Shown here: positions 38,860-50,900 of the stretch, piece by piece
Layout: every line of letters begins with the position of its first letter
Position numbering within the stretch: position 1 is the first letter of the stretch
Assembly (NCBI GenBank): GCA_964187785.1
Contig: OZ076409.1
Coordinates: forward strand, 22,446,001-22,510,000
Direction: 5' to 3'
DNA from: Amphiscolops sp. MND2022
Taxonomy: Eukaryota
DNA: 64,000 nucleotides
Program-made: the position numbers and the translations under genes
The notes under the pieces: model-generated
Told to the model about the DNA's origin: nothing
Seen by the model: only the letters and a program-made list of their open reading frames with translations
Databases searched by the model: none

Positions 38860-39190
38860 GGCAGTTTTGGAAAGCGTGCAGCGTAATCCACTAACAAATG
38901 CTGTTACGTTGCAGTCGATTCCACTTTTTTGGCGATTTCTCTTTAGTGAAATTCGCTGCGAAGCATTGGATTCCACTTTTAAATACATTAAACATTCGGA
39001 TCTCGCAGTGGATTCCACTAAACACTGTCGTGGATTCCACTGAACGCTGCAGTGGACTCCACCGATGGCCGCAGTGGAATCCACTATTAGCTCCAGTGGA
39101 CTCCACTGCAGTGTTTAAGTGGAATTCACTGAATTATTTCAATACCAACCCACAACAACTAACAACCATCGAATAAAAGTGGAGTTCATG
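38860..39190. repeat. Array of 13-bp palindromes AGTGGAHTCCACT with 22-bp period
   Basis: Copies start at 39007, 39029, 39051, 39073, 39095 and 39118, with degenerate copies at ~38864, 38913, 38966 and 39178. Confidence 0.9.
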
Positions 39191-40029
39191 TACTTCAGTG
39201 CCTGAAAGTTCTTCCTTCACGAGTTCAGTTTTGAGAATGAGAAACAAATTTAGAATCAGCAAGTGTCACAAAAAGAAGGATTCAGAATTTCTCCATTTGG
39301 CAAATTATTCCCAGAGAATTTTTGTCAATCAAGCACCTCTTTACCGCTCTAGTTTGACTGTTATTTTTTCATTCTTTGATTGAATCATAGTGGGCATCAA
39401 ATTTTCACACACAGTTCTTGCTAGTTTCCTAGTTATACACACATACCTTTATGTATAACTAGTTATCAATTTTAATTTACCTCATGGTGGATTCCAAAAT
39501 TTGGTTCCAGAAAACTCACGTCAAGCATTATTCTAGGCGGTTTGCAACGGAGACCTTATCAATTCTACCACCATTCTACAAATTCAAATTTTTTCATCTA
39601 ATAAAATATAAAGTAGCGTCATATCACTGTTAGTCAAAATGGGGCTATTTTTGGTTTTATTACATCAAAAAAGTGGACATTGAATTTCACACACAGCCCT
39701 TGCGTGTATTTTACGTACAACTAGTCTCCATTTTTCAAGTACCTGAAGGCGGATACCAAAATTTCAACTTGAATTAGAAGCTGAATGATGAATGAAAATC
39801 AACCTATTGCTCTCAATCAACTCCTCATCTAAATTCAGGTGAAAAGACGTTACAAGGTTTCACTGAAAACGTTATTCACGGTGTTTTATTTCGGTTCGGT
39901 ACTACGAAAAACAAACATTTGTACTTGTAGCAATCAGTGTTTAAATACAAAATCGCAATTAAAAAAAAACGAAAGGAGTGAAAAAATGAATACACAACAA
40001 CGAAAAGATGAGTGTTTTGTAAACGGAGT

Positions 40030-41998
40030 GTTCTGACGATTCCATCAGTCAAATATCGGTTGAGAAATTTCACGTTCCTGGAAAGTTGATTAGCAATGGG
40101 GCCTTTGTAATCAAAACGGAGCTGCTCAAATGGTAGAATATCACGTGTAGCTCGGAAGACTACAATTATTTTGCCATTTTGAAACAAGTCGATCACTGTG
40201 GGCTTCATGTTGGCGCCGTTTGATTTCAATTGCGAGTGGTTGGCAAGGCGTCCAGGGCGGCGATTATTTGGGTGAAGGAAGCAAATCTCTTTGGAGGCAT
40301 CAATGATTCTTCTAGAGGCGCCACTTTTAACCTCCAGAACGAACTCTTGCTCCATACCTTCTTTCTCGAGGACCTGGCTCAATGACACGTTCAAATACAC
40401 CTCGCAATGGTATTCCATTGAAATGTCGTCCTTTGAAAATTTCTGTGTGGCCATCACACATCTCCGAAATTTCGAACTTTTGGCTAAACAGATTCCAGGC
40501 CACAGCTGCGTCTCTCATCGTTGCGACAACATAAATTGTTCTTCATACGGCAAATTATGGGCAAGTCCAGCATACCGAATTCCTCTGCTCTCAGGTACCT
40601 GCGAGGATTTTCTATTTGACTGGATCTTAGAGAGAATCAATAACTGCGCTGTCACGTCCTGGCTCTTATCCTTCAGCGAAGTCCACTTTTGTCCCTGAAA
40701 AAATGCCGCCACTCTTGACTCAAGACAGTTGTTAGCAACTTTCCCAGAAGCGTGTTCAAAGTATAGCAAGGCCCTGGCTAACTAGCGAGTGTACCTTTGC
40801 TGGTCTCGGCGAGCGCGAACAGCGTTTCTCACCTCGTCTTTGTCGAAACCTTCAATATTCGAAAGAACCAAATCCATTGCATGTTTCAGCTTGGCGATTT
40901 TGAAGCATGGGTCTTTCGAAAGGGGCATCAGTTTCAATGTATTTCGATCTTTTCTTTCTGCTTTTTTGCTTGGAATGAAAAGATCCTAACAGATTTAACG
41001 CAATAGTCGGTTTTACCAATTGAATTCACAAAGAATAACTTTGTATTAATTGGACGTTTGTCGACCTTTTCGTATCGAACAATGGCTAACTTGGTGTGAT
41101 TGGAAACAAAAATGGCCGAATGTGTGTAAAATATACTTTCAATGCTTCAACAGGATTTCCGGATACTTTGTGAACTGTTCGTTCCGCTAATCCAATTGTG
41201 TGTTCCACACAGAGATTGAAGGCGTAGCTCAGTGAATTTTCTTTGTGATCCATCACGATTTGCACAACTGAGTGTACCGAGACATTCCGGATGGAACTTT
41301 CAAGCATATGTGGTACCGCACAATAGAACAAGGTTGTAATTACGCATCGAAAGAGTTCCAACTTAGCTTTTTGTACTAGTCCCACGTTTTCTGCCAATGC
41401 CTGCACATGTTTAGTCAACGTGCTTTCGTACACGTTGTTGTCAAAGTAGGTAGCCTTCGCGCATTCGGATTGGCTGTTACTGAAATTATCCTCACTGCAC
41501 TGGGAGTCAAATGGAAGATTCCCGGGTGGCTCATTGAGCTGGGGTGACACATTGGTCCCGGGCACATTGTTCTGGGGTGGCAAGTTCTGGTGAGGCAGTA
41601 AATTCTGTGACGGGGGTCCTGTTGCAATAGGTTCTCAGGCGGCAAAGGAATCTGAGTCAGATTGTGAGCATTCTGCAGTAAATTTTCTAGAGCTTCTATG
41701 GGCGTATGTTCAATCAAGTGCTCGATCCCATCGGAGTTCATCATTCTAGTTGCACTGAAGAAACCCTTTCGGGGCCGATGGAATTGGCGAACAAGCTGGA
41801 GGACAAAACATGGCTGCTTTATTGAGGAAATCTGGCGGCACATTCCAGTCGGTAGATCGTCGATGTGAGTATTGCACATGTGTAGAAGTCTGGGATGGAC
41901 ACAAGAGTGTTGATTCGAGATTTTAAATTTTGTCAGGCATGCTGGTTTTATTCATGAACCTAGGAGCACAAATGTTGACAGCGGATTTCGCTGAATGA
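40030..41998 (-). pseudogene. Long decayed ORF ending in a SETD8/PR-Set7-like SET domain (left copy)
   Basis: QLWPGICL...RCVMATQKFSKDDISMEYH, IIDAS, PGRLANHS, VVFRATRDILPFEQLRFDY are the SET signature motifs. Upstream frames are linked by stops and frameshifts. Confidence 0.85.
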
Positions 41999-42429
41999 AT
42001 CAAAATTATGATGTAAAAAGAAATGACAATTTTGTTAATAATTTTTTTTGATAAAGCGTCATTTTACTTTTTAGCAGGGATTCGATTTCACCTATTGCAC
42101 TTCACGGTGACTAATACAAGAACTTCAACCAGTGAGCGTTATCAGGTTTATTACGGTGGTTGAGTCCTTTCGGGACTCAAATGCATTTTCAATTATATTA
42201 CCACTCACGAGATGAGTTTAAAAACTAATTGCTAGTATGAATTTTCATTGATTGACCGCTCGAAATGGAATGACACCTTCTTTTAGGACCATCATTGTGA
42301 AATTAGCCTTGTTTTCGCCTAGTTTATGTGTTGACACCTGGTAATCACTTCCTACAAATTTGAATAATTTCTGCTCAGAAGAAGCTCACGTGTTTCTTCC
42401 CGTTGAAGTCAACTTTAAACTCCACTACA

Positions 42430-43190
42430 ATGCTTCTGCAAACTTTAAATGTATATGAAATTGTCCAAATCCTCGACCCTGAAAGCTATATTTGGGCGTC
42501 TGCGAAGATAATAGCGTTCATAAGTGATTGGTCTCTGAAAATCCAATGGATCGACTGGAACAATCGTCTGCAGAATTTCCCCTAGGATTGCTTCCTATCC
42601 CAAACTGGTGGAACATTAGAAAATGCGACATTCGCAACCAGTCATGTCGAAAAAACGTTATAAACCCCTGTCGTAGAACTCAAACCGACTGCAAAAAAAA
42701 AACGAAACCTGTGATATTCAGGCTACCCGATTGTGCCTGTGTGGGGCATTGTTTTATTGATTCCCATGGATAAATCAAAACAGGAACTATTTCGACGAAT
42801 GACCCATTTACCCATGAGTGTGTCGTGGAGATGGACGAAATGTTTAGATTTATCCCCTATTGCTATTGGAAGAACTCAGTGGAATACACCCATGTTCACG
42901 ATGAGAAAGCAGAAGACGACGAGGAAGCTGAAGAGACGAGGCAGGAATATCGGGAAGAACCAAAACAGAAAAGACCTAAAACACAAATACCTGAAATAGA
43001 CTTTTCAACATTGATCCCGCAAACCGATGTTGATGTCAAACTAAGCTATGTACCATGTGTCAATGGAATTTGTCAAAGAGGATCCATTATTACTTTGTCT
43101 GGAATGAAATTCAAAGTGAAAGGTTTGTACTACAGTGCAAAGATGTTGAAAGTTGAAACCTTTCGCAATAATGGCATCCATGGACGATGA
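42430..43190 (+). pseudogene. Divergent ORF with Tudor/Agenet-like N-terminal pattern (frameshifted)
   Basis: LNVYEIVQILDPESYIWASAKIIAFISDWSLKIQWIDWNN resembles the royal-family pattern (VE.lD...W..AkI......V.f..W). Continues through 42528-42773 and 42825-43190. Confidence 0.45.
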
Positions 43191-43333
43191 AGACTGGGAA
43201 CTTAGATGCCAGTAAACATTAGTTCGTTAAAGATCTCGGACTTTTTAAAAAACGTGGAAATCAACTTTTCACTCTTGATAATGATGTTGATAGAACGTTT
43301 GCAGTCTTTTCTGCAATTAAGAGATGTGTTGGT

Positions 43334-43744
43334 TTGTCGTTCAAGAAATCCTCAACTGTGACAAACATTATCCCTGCAACAGAGCTCACAAAACGTGTCT
43401 GTGGGTTCAAGTCGAACTCAAGCAGAGAAAACGTAAAATTTTCAATAGAAGTTGAAACGAGAAACTTGCGAAGCTACTACAGCTTAAATTTAATATTGGG
43501 CCAGAACTGGGACATCATTCCATATACGCTTGAAAATGAGCCTGCCACATTTATCAAGACTTTGAACTTCACGGAACATCGCGACTTTATGATGTTCTCA
43601 ATCAGGTGCCGCATAACTACAACTGAAGGCCACTACAAAAAAATCGAAATCATCGACAAAACTTTAGGCAAAACATTCAACATGCGCACACTGAATACTT
43701 TGTTGACCAATAGGGGTAGAATTTTTGGTATCCACGGTGAGTAA
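43334..43744 (+). CDS. Uncharacterised 136-aa ORF in the spacer of the inverted repeat
   Basis: Open frame with globular-like composition. No recognisable motif. Confidence 0.3.
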   Translation: MSFKKSSTVTNIIPATELTKRVCGFKSNSSRENVKFSIEVETRNLRSYYSLNLILGQNWDIIPYTLENEPATFIKTLNFTEHRDFMMFSIRCRITTTEGHYKKIEIIDKTLGKTFNMRTLNTLLTNRGRIFGIHGE

Positions 43745-44986
43745 ATGTGCGATTACATCTTCAAAAAACGTCTGTTTTGTTACCCCAATTAAATTGAATG
43801 GTATTTTATTTTTGTTGGTAATGCACTGATAAAGTTCTTTTTTCTTAACTCGATTGTTACAGTAATATTGTCCTTGTTACAAAAAATGATGTCAAAATAC
43901 TTTTTTCACTTGTTACTACTTTCTTGAAAAATTCTCTCCAGTAGATAATTTCAATTAGTTCAAACTGTTCCACATACGTATTAAAGAGTTGCTACTTTGG
44001 TTTTTGCATTTTGCAAAATTTCGGTACAAACGTTCTACTAAACCTAAATGCATCTAGCCATAAACAGTAAATGGATTTGACCAACATATGCAAATACAAT
44101 GACAGTGGATTCCACAAACAAATGCTTAAACACTTGTAAACCAATTAAAAAGGGGTACATTCAGTGAATCATTAGTTCTAAATTGACTTACGTTTCTATT
44201 GCAGTGGATTCCACTATTCTGGAAAGTATTCTTCATCCACGGGAATCAATAAAACAATGCCCCACACACTCACAATCAGGTAGCCAGAATGTCACAGGCT
44301 CGTTTTTTTGCAGTCAGTTTGGATTCTACGAAAGGGGTTTGTAAAGTTTTTTCGACATGACTGATTGCGAATATCGCGCTTTTCTAATGTTCCACCTGTT
44401 TGTGTCAGGACGCAATCCTAGGGGAATTTCAAGTTTCTGCAGACGATTGTTTCCGTCGATCCATTGGATTTTCAGAGACCAATCACTTATGAACGCTATT
44501 ATCTTCGCAGACGCACGAATATAGGTTTCAGGGTCGATGATTTGGACAATTTCATATAAATTAGGTGGAGTTTAAAATTGACTTCAACGGGAAGAAACAC
44601 GTGAGCTTCCCCTGAGCAGAAACGATTCAAATTTGTGGAAAGTGGTTACCAAGTGTCAACACATAAACTAGGCGAAAAAGAGGCTAATTTCACAAGGATG
44701 GTCTCAAAAGAAGGTGTCATTCCATTTCGAGCGGTCAATCAATGAAAATTCATACTAGCAATTAGTTTTTAAACTCATCTCGTCAGTGTTAACATATTTG
44801 AAAAGGCAATTGAGTCCCGAAAGGACTCAACCACCGTAATAAACCTGATAATACTTACTTGTTGAAGTTTTTAATTTAGTCACCAAGAAGTGCCATAGGT
44901 GAAATCGAATATCTGCTAATTAGTAAAACGACGGTTTATCAAAAAAAATTAATAACAAAAATGTCATTTCTGTTTACATCATAATT

Positions 44987-46920
44987 TTGATTCATTCAGC
45001 AAAATCCGCTGTCAACATTTGTGCTCCGAGGTTCATGAATAATTCCAGCATGCCTGACAAAATTTCAAATCTCGAATCAACACTCTTGTGTCCATCCCAG
45101 ACTTGTGTCCATCCCACACCTGTGCAATACTCACATCGACGATCTACCAACTGGAATGTGCCGCCAGATTTCCTCAATAATGCAGCCATGTTTTGTCCGC
45201 CAGCTTGTTCGTCAATTCCATCGTTCCCCGAGGAGGGTTTCTTCAGTGCAACTAGAATGATGAACTCCGATGGGATCGAGCACTTGATTGAACATACGCC
45301 CACAGAACCTCTACAAAATTTACTGCAGAATGCTCGAACTCTGACTCAGATGCCTTTGCCGCCTGAGAACCTATTGCAACAGGACCCCCCGTCACAGAAT
45401 ATACTGCCTCACCAGAACTTGCCACCCCAGAGCAATGTGCCCGGGACCAATGTGTCACCCCAGCTCCATGAGCCACCCGGGAATCTTCCATTTGACTCCC
45501 AGTGCAGTGAGGATAATTTCAGTAACAGCCAATCCCAAGGCGCGAAGGTTACCTACTTCGACAACAACGTGTACGAAAGCACGTTGACTAAACATGTGCA
45601 GGCATTGGCAGAAAACGTGGGACTAGTACAAAAAGCTAAGTTGGAACTCTTTCGATGCGTAATTACAACCTTGTTCAATTGTGCGGTACCACATATGCTT
45701 GAAAGTTCCATCCGGAATGTCTCGGTACACTCAGTTGTGCAAATCGTGATGGATCACAAAGAAAATTCACTGAGCGACGCCTTCAATCTCTGTGTGGAAC
45801 ACACAATTTGATCAGCGGAACGAACAGTTCACAAAGTATCCGGAAGTCCTGTTGAAGCATTGAAAGTATATTTTACACACATTTGGCCATTTTTTGTTAC
45901 CAGTCACACCAAGTTAGCCATTGTTTGATACGAAAAGGTCGACAAACGTCCAATTAATACAGAGTTATTCTTTGTGAATTCAATTGGTAATACCGACTTC
46001 CGCGTTAAATCTGTTGTGGATCTTTTCATTCCAAGCAAAAAAGCAGAAAGAAAAGATCGAAATACATTGAAACTGATGCCCCTTTCGAAAGACCCATGCT
46101 TCAAAATCGCCAAGCTGAAACATGCAATGGATTTGGTTCTTTCGAATATTGAAGGTTTCGACAAAGACGAGGTGAGAAACGCTGTTCGCGCTCGCCGAGA
46201 CCAGCAAAGGTACACTCGCTAGTTAGCCAGGGCCTTGCTATACTTTGAACACGTTTCTGGGAAAGTTGCTAACAACTGTCTTGAGTCAAGAGTGGCGGCA
46301 TTTTTTCAGGGACAAAAGTGGACTTCGCTGGAGGATAAGAACCAGGACGTGAGAAAAGTGACAGCGCAGTTATTGATTCTCTCTAACATCCAGTCAATTT
46401 GAAAATCCTCGCAGGTACCTGAGAGCAGTGGAAATCGGTACGCTGGACTTGCCCATAAATTGCGGTACGAAGAATAAATTATGTTGTCGCAACGATGTGA
46501 GACGCAGCTGTGTCCTGGAATCTGTTTAGCCAAAATGTCGAAAATTGGGAGATTTTCAAAGGACGACATTGTAATAGATTAACATTGCGAGGTGTACTTG
46601 AACGTGTCCTTGAGCCAGGTCCTCGAGAAAGAAGGTGTGGACCAAGAGTTCATTCTGGAGGTTAAAAGTGGCGCCTCTAGAAGAATCATTGATGCCTCCA
46701 AATAGATTTGACCCCTTCACCCAAATATTCGCTGCCCTGGACGCCTTGCCAACCACTCGCAGTTGAAATCAAACGGCGCCAACATGAATCCCACATGATC
46801 GAGTTGTTTCAAAATGGCTAAAAGATTGTAGTGTTCCGAGCTGCACGCGATATTCTACCATTTGAGCAGCTCCATTTTGATTGCAAAGACATCATTGTCA
46901 ATCAACTTTTCCAGGAACGT
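44987..46920 (+). pseudogene. Second (inverted) copy of the SET-domain ORF
   Basis: 274-aa open N-terminal part, then stops. PGRLANHSQLKSNGANM at ~46737-46790. Confidence 0.85.
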
Positions 46921-48237
46921 GAAGTTTCTCAACCGATATTTGACTGATGGAATCGTCAGAAAACTCCGTTTACAAAACACTCATCTTTTCGTTGTTGTGT
47001 ATTCATTTTTTCACTACATTCATTTTATTTTCAGTTGCGATTGTGTTATTAAACACTGATTGCTACAAGTACAAATGCTCTCTTTCGTAATACCGTACCG
47101 AAACAAAACACCGTGAATACCATTTTCAGTGAACCCTTGCAACGTCTTCTTCACCTGAATTTAGATGAGGGGTTGATTGAGAGCAATAGGTTGATTTTCA
47201 TTCATCATTCGGCTTGTAATTCAATTTGAAATTTTGGTATCCGTCTTGAGGTACTTGAAAAATGGAGACTAGTTGTACGTAAAATACACGAAAGAGCAAG
47301 TTGCTGCTCTGTACGTAAAACGCTCGAGCCTGAAAACAATCTAAAATTACTGAGACCGAAAAACATCCCAGTAAAACAGCTGTGGTTCCTGTTTTTCGCG
47401 ATAATAGGTTAACTAATTCATAACTCGCTTCATTTGGGGTATACTATTTCTTGGAAGTCTTGGGTTTCAGCTGTTTGAAGTCTACATTTACACACTAAGA
47501 TCTTGTTCCATGATCCATTGTTGAAAGATCAAAAAAAAGTCATCAATCAAAGTCAGAATTCGTTGATCATAATAGCTACTGATAATGATGTTCAATTGTT
47601 AGAGTTTTTACTGAGCTCGAACTTAATCCCTACAAACGATTCAATGCCGGTCCTCACTGAAGCTTCAGTTATGTTATTCGCTAGGCTATCCTTGCTAGAA
47701 GTGTCACTTTATATCGTCTCGGGTCAATAAGATTAGAATGTAAATGAAGGTCAGTGTAAAAGTCAATGTTTGAACTTCTCTCGTTTTTAAGGGGTTTGAC
47801 GCTGGAACACCGAAGACAGGAAGACGTAGGTTTAAGCAATCAAGACCCTTGTGTCCATGTTATCACAAATTAACTACGTTAGCTAATAATACAAAATGCA
47901 ACCGCAGTCGAGATGTTTTATTTAATAACTTTGTGAACTTACTAAATTTCAACAACTTCTGAAAGTGAACAACTCCGGTCGGCTGTTCACAGATAATATC
48001 ATAATATTTGTTGGTAACAACCAGGAAAAAAAGGAGAGAGAGAGAGAGAAGAATAATCAGTTTCAAATAAGGTTAGTTTTCACGGAGTTTAGACATGAAA
48101 TTGTAAAAACTAATGAATGATTTGATGAATTTTTGAATCGGAAAAATAATTTGAGCAGCTGTAAGCAGAAGCTGGATGCTTCAAATATTCAAAACATTGT
48201 AAAAATTATTTTATTGCAAACTAGTTGATAGTCGGTT

Positions 48238-48900
48238 CCCCAGAGAGGATCAAAGCGTTCAAAATTCTTCTAAAATTTAATTGTCAATCATTACCAAAGG
48301 GACCTGTAAGTTTATTACAAAAATTTAGTAAATAATTTCCCATGTTGAGCATTCCTTCAGAATCTCTACAGATTTGTGAGCCTTGTTCATTGAGGTTCGG
48401 TAAAGATCGTGCCACTGCTTCGGCAGGACGTATGCACGTACGCAAAGATCTTTAAAAATGTTCAAAGATCAAAGATTTTCTATACTAATTTACAATGAAC
48501 TTTTGGATTTTTGGGGAACTTTTTTGGAACGAATGTACTGCTTTTTTGGGCTTCTCCAAATACTTCAAAAAACTTTAGTTGACCACAGCTCAGTCAATTG
48601 AAACTTTCCATCACTCATAAATCTCGAGCAGGAAATCTCGTTCCATCTCGGGAATTGTTGTGAATGGAGAATATTCGCAATTGGTTGTACATTGAACCAT
48701 CTCACTTCAAGATTCCAGAAGTGGTTGTTGAACTTTGAAAGGGTTCGTTTGCCATGTTGGCAGGTTCTGTGTGAAACTAAAAATGTAGCGGTTGTCTGGG
48801 TTGCTAATGTAGTTTTCTACTACATTGGCAGTTGTTCTTTGTTTGTGCTATAGCTAGATAGCAAAAACTCTTGGACGAAAGTGATCTCGTTTTGATCAAA
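48238..48900. repeat. Degenerate relative of the 55239-56125 MITE
   Basis: 48535-48760 aligns with 55450-55680 (gctcagtca.ttga.act, gtggttgttgaactttga, ctcgtttgcc). Boundaries are approximate. Confidence 0.55.
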
Positions 48901-49149
48901 GTTACTAATATTATTGATTTGAAGAGAACAATGATTTTGAAGAGTCAAATTTTACTTAGGGTAAAGTCATTCAAAAACGATGGAAAATTTTCAATAATAT
49001 TTATGAAAGCATTCCGGCGTCAACTCATGGAAAATGGTACCAAAATATAATAAATATATTGATACTCAACGTACCGCGCCCCCCCTTGATCAACATCAAT
49101 TACACAAAAAGATCTTAATGCTATTCAGTTTGAAAATTTCTCAGTTTAT

Positions 49150-50900
49150 TAACTGGTGTAATCGTTTTCTGGTGATAGTTTAAACTTTAACTACTTTTGT
49201 ATTGTTGTTTTCGGAGAAAAACTCGTTGGTACATAGCTTCAATCGTATAAGTTTCGTTTTTTTTTTATCTTTTCCGATACAGCTTTCTCTGAAGTAGAGT
49301 CTCACTTCCTCAAATTTTTCTTGAGTTTCGTCTACTAAAGCACAACACGAAAAGAAAGAATTTCTTGATTCGTATTGTTTTCCAGAAGACATCCATTTAA
49401 AAAAAGTTTCACGTAGGAACACACCACGAAAAAACTCTCGGTATTGATTTTCCATCATTTTTTCCATCGTTGATTTTCTATCGAGGCACCTGCACCTATT
49501 ATCCTGTCGACTGGTTTAGAATCGTTAAATTTTGGGTCAATCAAGATAATGGTGGGAACATTCAGATGTTTACTCGGTACGCAATTTGTTTTGTGGTTGA
49601 AAATGTATGCAATTACACTGACTTGTTACGACCCACATTTCAAAAGTTTCACACGACCAACTTTGTCATCTTTTGCCTTGCCGCCGAAGCCACTCAATTC
49701 AAGTTTACGCCTTTTGTGTAGGTTCTATGCATCAGTACAAGTTTGTTTTGCGAATCAATTACCGAGACAATTGCAAAAGGAAGAACTGTTGTGTAACTTG
49801 ACTCTTGCTGAAGTGCTGAATTGAGTATCCTTCGTTGTGTGGCTATTTTCGATGAAGTGAACAGAAGCAGTTTCAGTCAGATCTAGGAAGGCGTTGTGTT
49901 TGTTGTTACAAGTTTGTCAAAACTTTTTCGACCTACAACTCTTGATACTATCATCTTCCTTCAAATAGTTGAAGCAAAGTACAAGTTCTTCAATCTTTCC
50001 TTGTCTTTCCTAAAGTTAAGAAAGACACGAAAGTTTGACATGTGTATATCCGATGCCTTTTTTAGACAGGAAAAGACTTCGAATCGGACTGACAGCTTTG
50101 AGACGTTTCTCTTTCCGCTCTTTTTTGGCATTAACCCACGAATTGCTCTTCGGATCGACATATTGCTTCTAATGCACAACGAACTTTCTCAGTTTGCTCC
50201 ATTGATTGCAAATTTCCATAATCATTTTTCAACGTCCATTCACGAGCAGTTCCAGTATCTATTTTGGCGAAAGGTATATGCAATCACAGGATGTCAGAAC
50301 ATTTTGGGTCGATACCTATATCACTAAAAACCATCCCATTTTTATTGATAACTCCAATGACTTTATTCAGACTCTGCGCACTGACTTTTTTATTGAATCA
50401 ATGTTGGAAACACCATTCAAATGCGCTTTCGCGATCAGAATTTCGTTATCGTATCGATCTTTCAGGAGTTGAATCGCTGCATCATGAAATGCTTCAGTTG
50501 TGGGCAAAAGAGAAAAAACGCGGTAAGCCTCTTCTTTCAAAAACTTTTTGGGATAATGAATCTCTTGTAATTCAGGTGCAGATTGCTGTTCTTGCACAGC
50601 TCCCCTAAACGTCAAATAAAATTTTCCAATCTTTATACTGACCATCGAAAGAAGGCAGTGCAATTCGAGGAAATCGAACATTGAACCGATGGATTGAGCC
50701 AGGTGATGATGTTTCGTCGACCTCAGATGGTTATTCTCTAAGCCACTTCTGATTGATTTTCAATAAAGAATGTTTCACCCTTAGTTTTCAACAAAAAATA
50801 GATTTTGGCCAAGGAGCCAACGTTGATGGGAACGATGATTGTACTTTAGACTTTCCATTTTCTATCGGGTATAGTGTCTATATCAACATGCCGGGAACAA
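49150..50900 (-). mobile_element. Decayed Bel/Pao gag(-protease) fragment
   Basis: FLKEEAYRVFSLLPTTEAFHDAAIQLLKDRYDNEILIAKAHLN is a DUF1759-like gag pattern. Confidence 0.7.

Larger units (their letters stand above)
38812..44226. mobile_element. Putative DNA element carrying SET-domain and Tudor-like ORFs
   Basis: Abruptly interrupts element C at TA|CAGTGCC. AGTGGATTCCACT palindromes cluster near both ends. Part of it recurs as a diverged copy. No transposase seen; the termini are tentative. Confidence 0.55.
39696..47297. repeat. Large inverted repeat: arms ~39696-42771 and ~44234-47297, spacer ~1.46 kb
   Basis: The same peptides appear on opposite strands (41086-41583 minus vs 44987-45811 plus; 40789-40989 plus vs 45904-46215 minus). 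Confidence 0.95.

Noticed and set aside
39007..39130. CRISPR-like array of palindromic repeats
   Set aside because: Repeats of 13 bp and spacers of 9 bp are far too short, there are no cas genes, and the context is eukaryotic.
40030..40510. Functional host SETD8/KMT5A gene
   Set aside because: Intronless, with stops and frameshifts in both copies, a degenerate GxG motif, and a repeat context.
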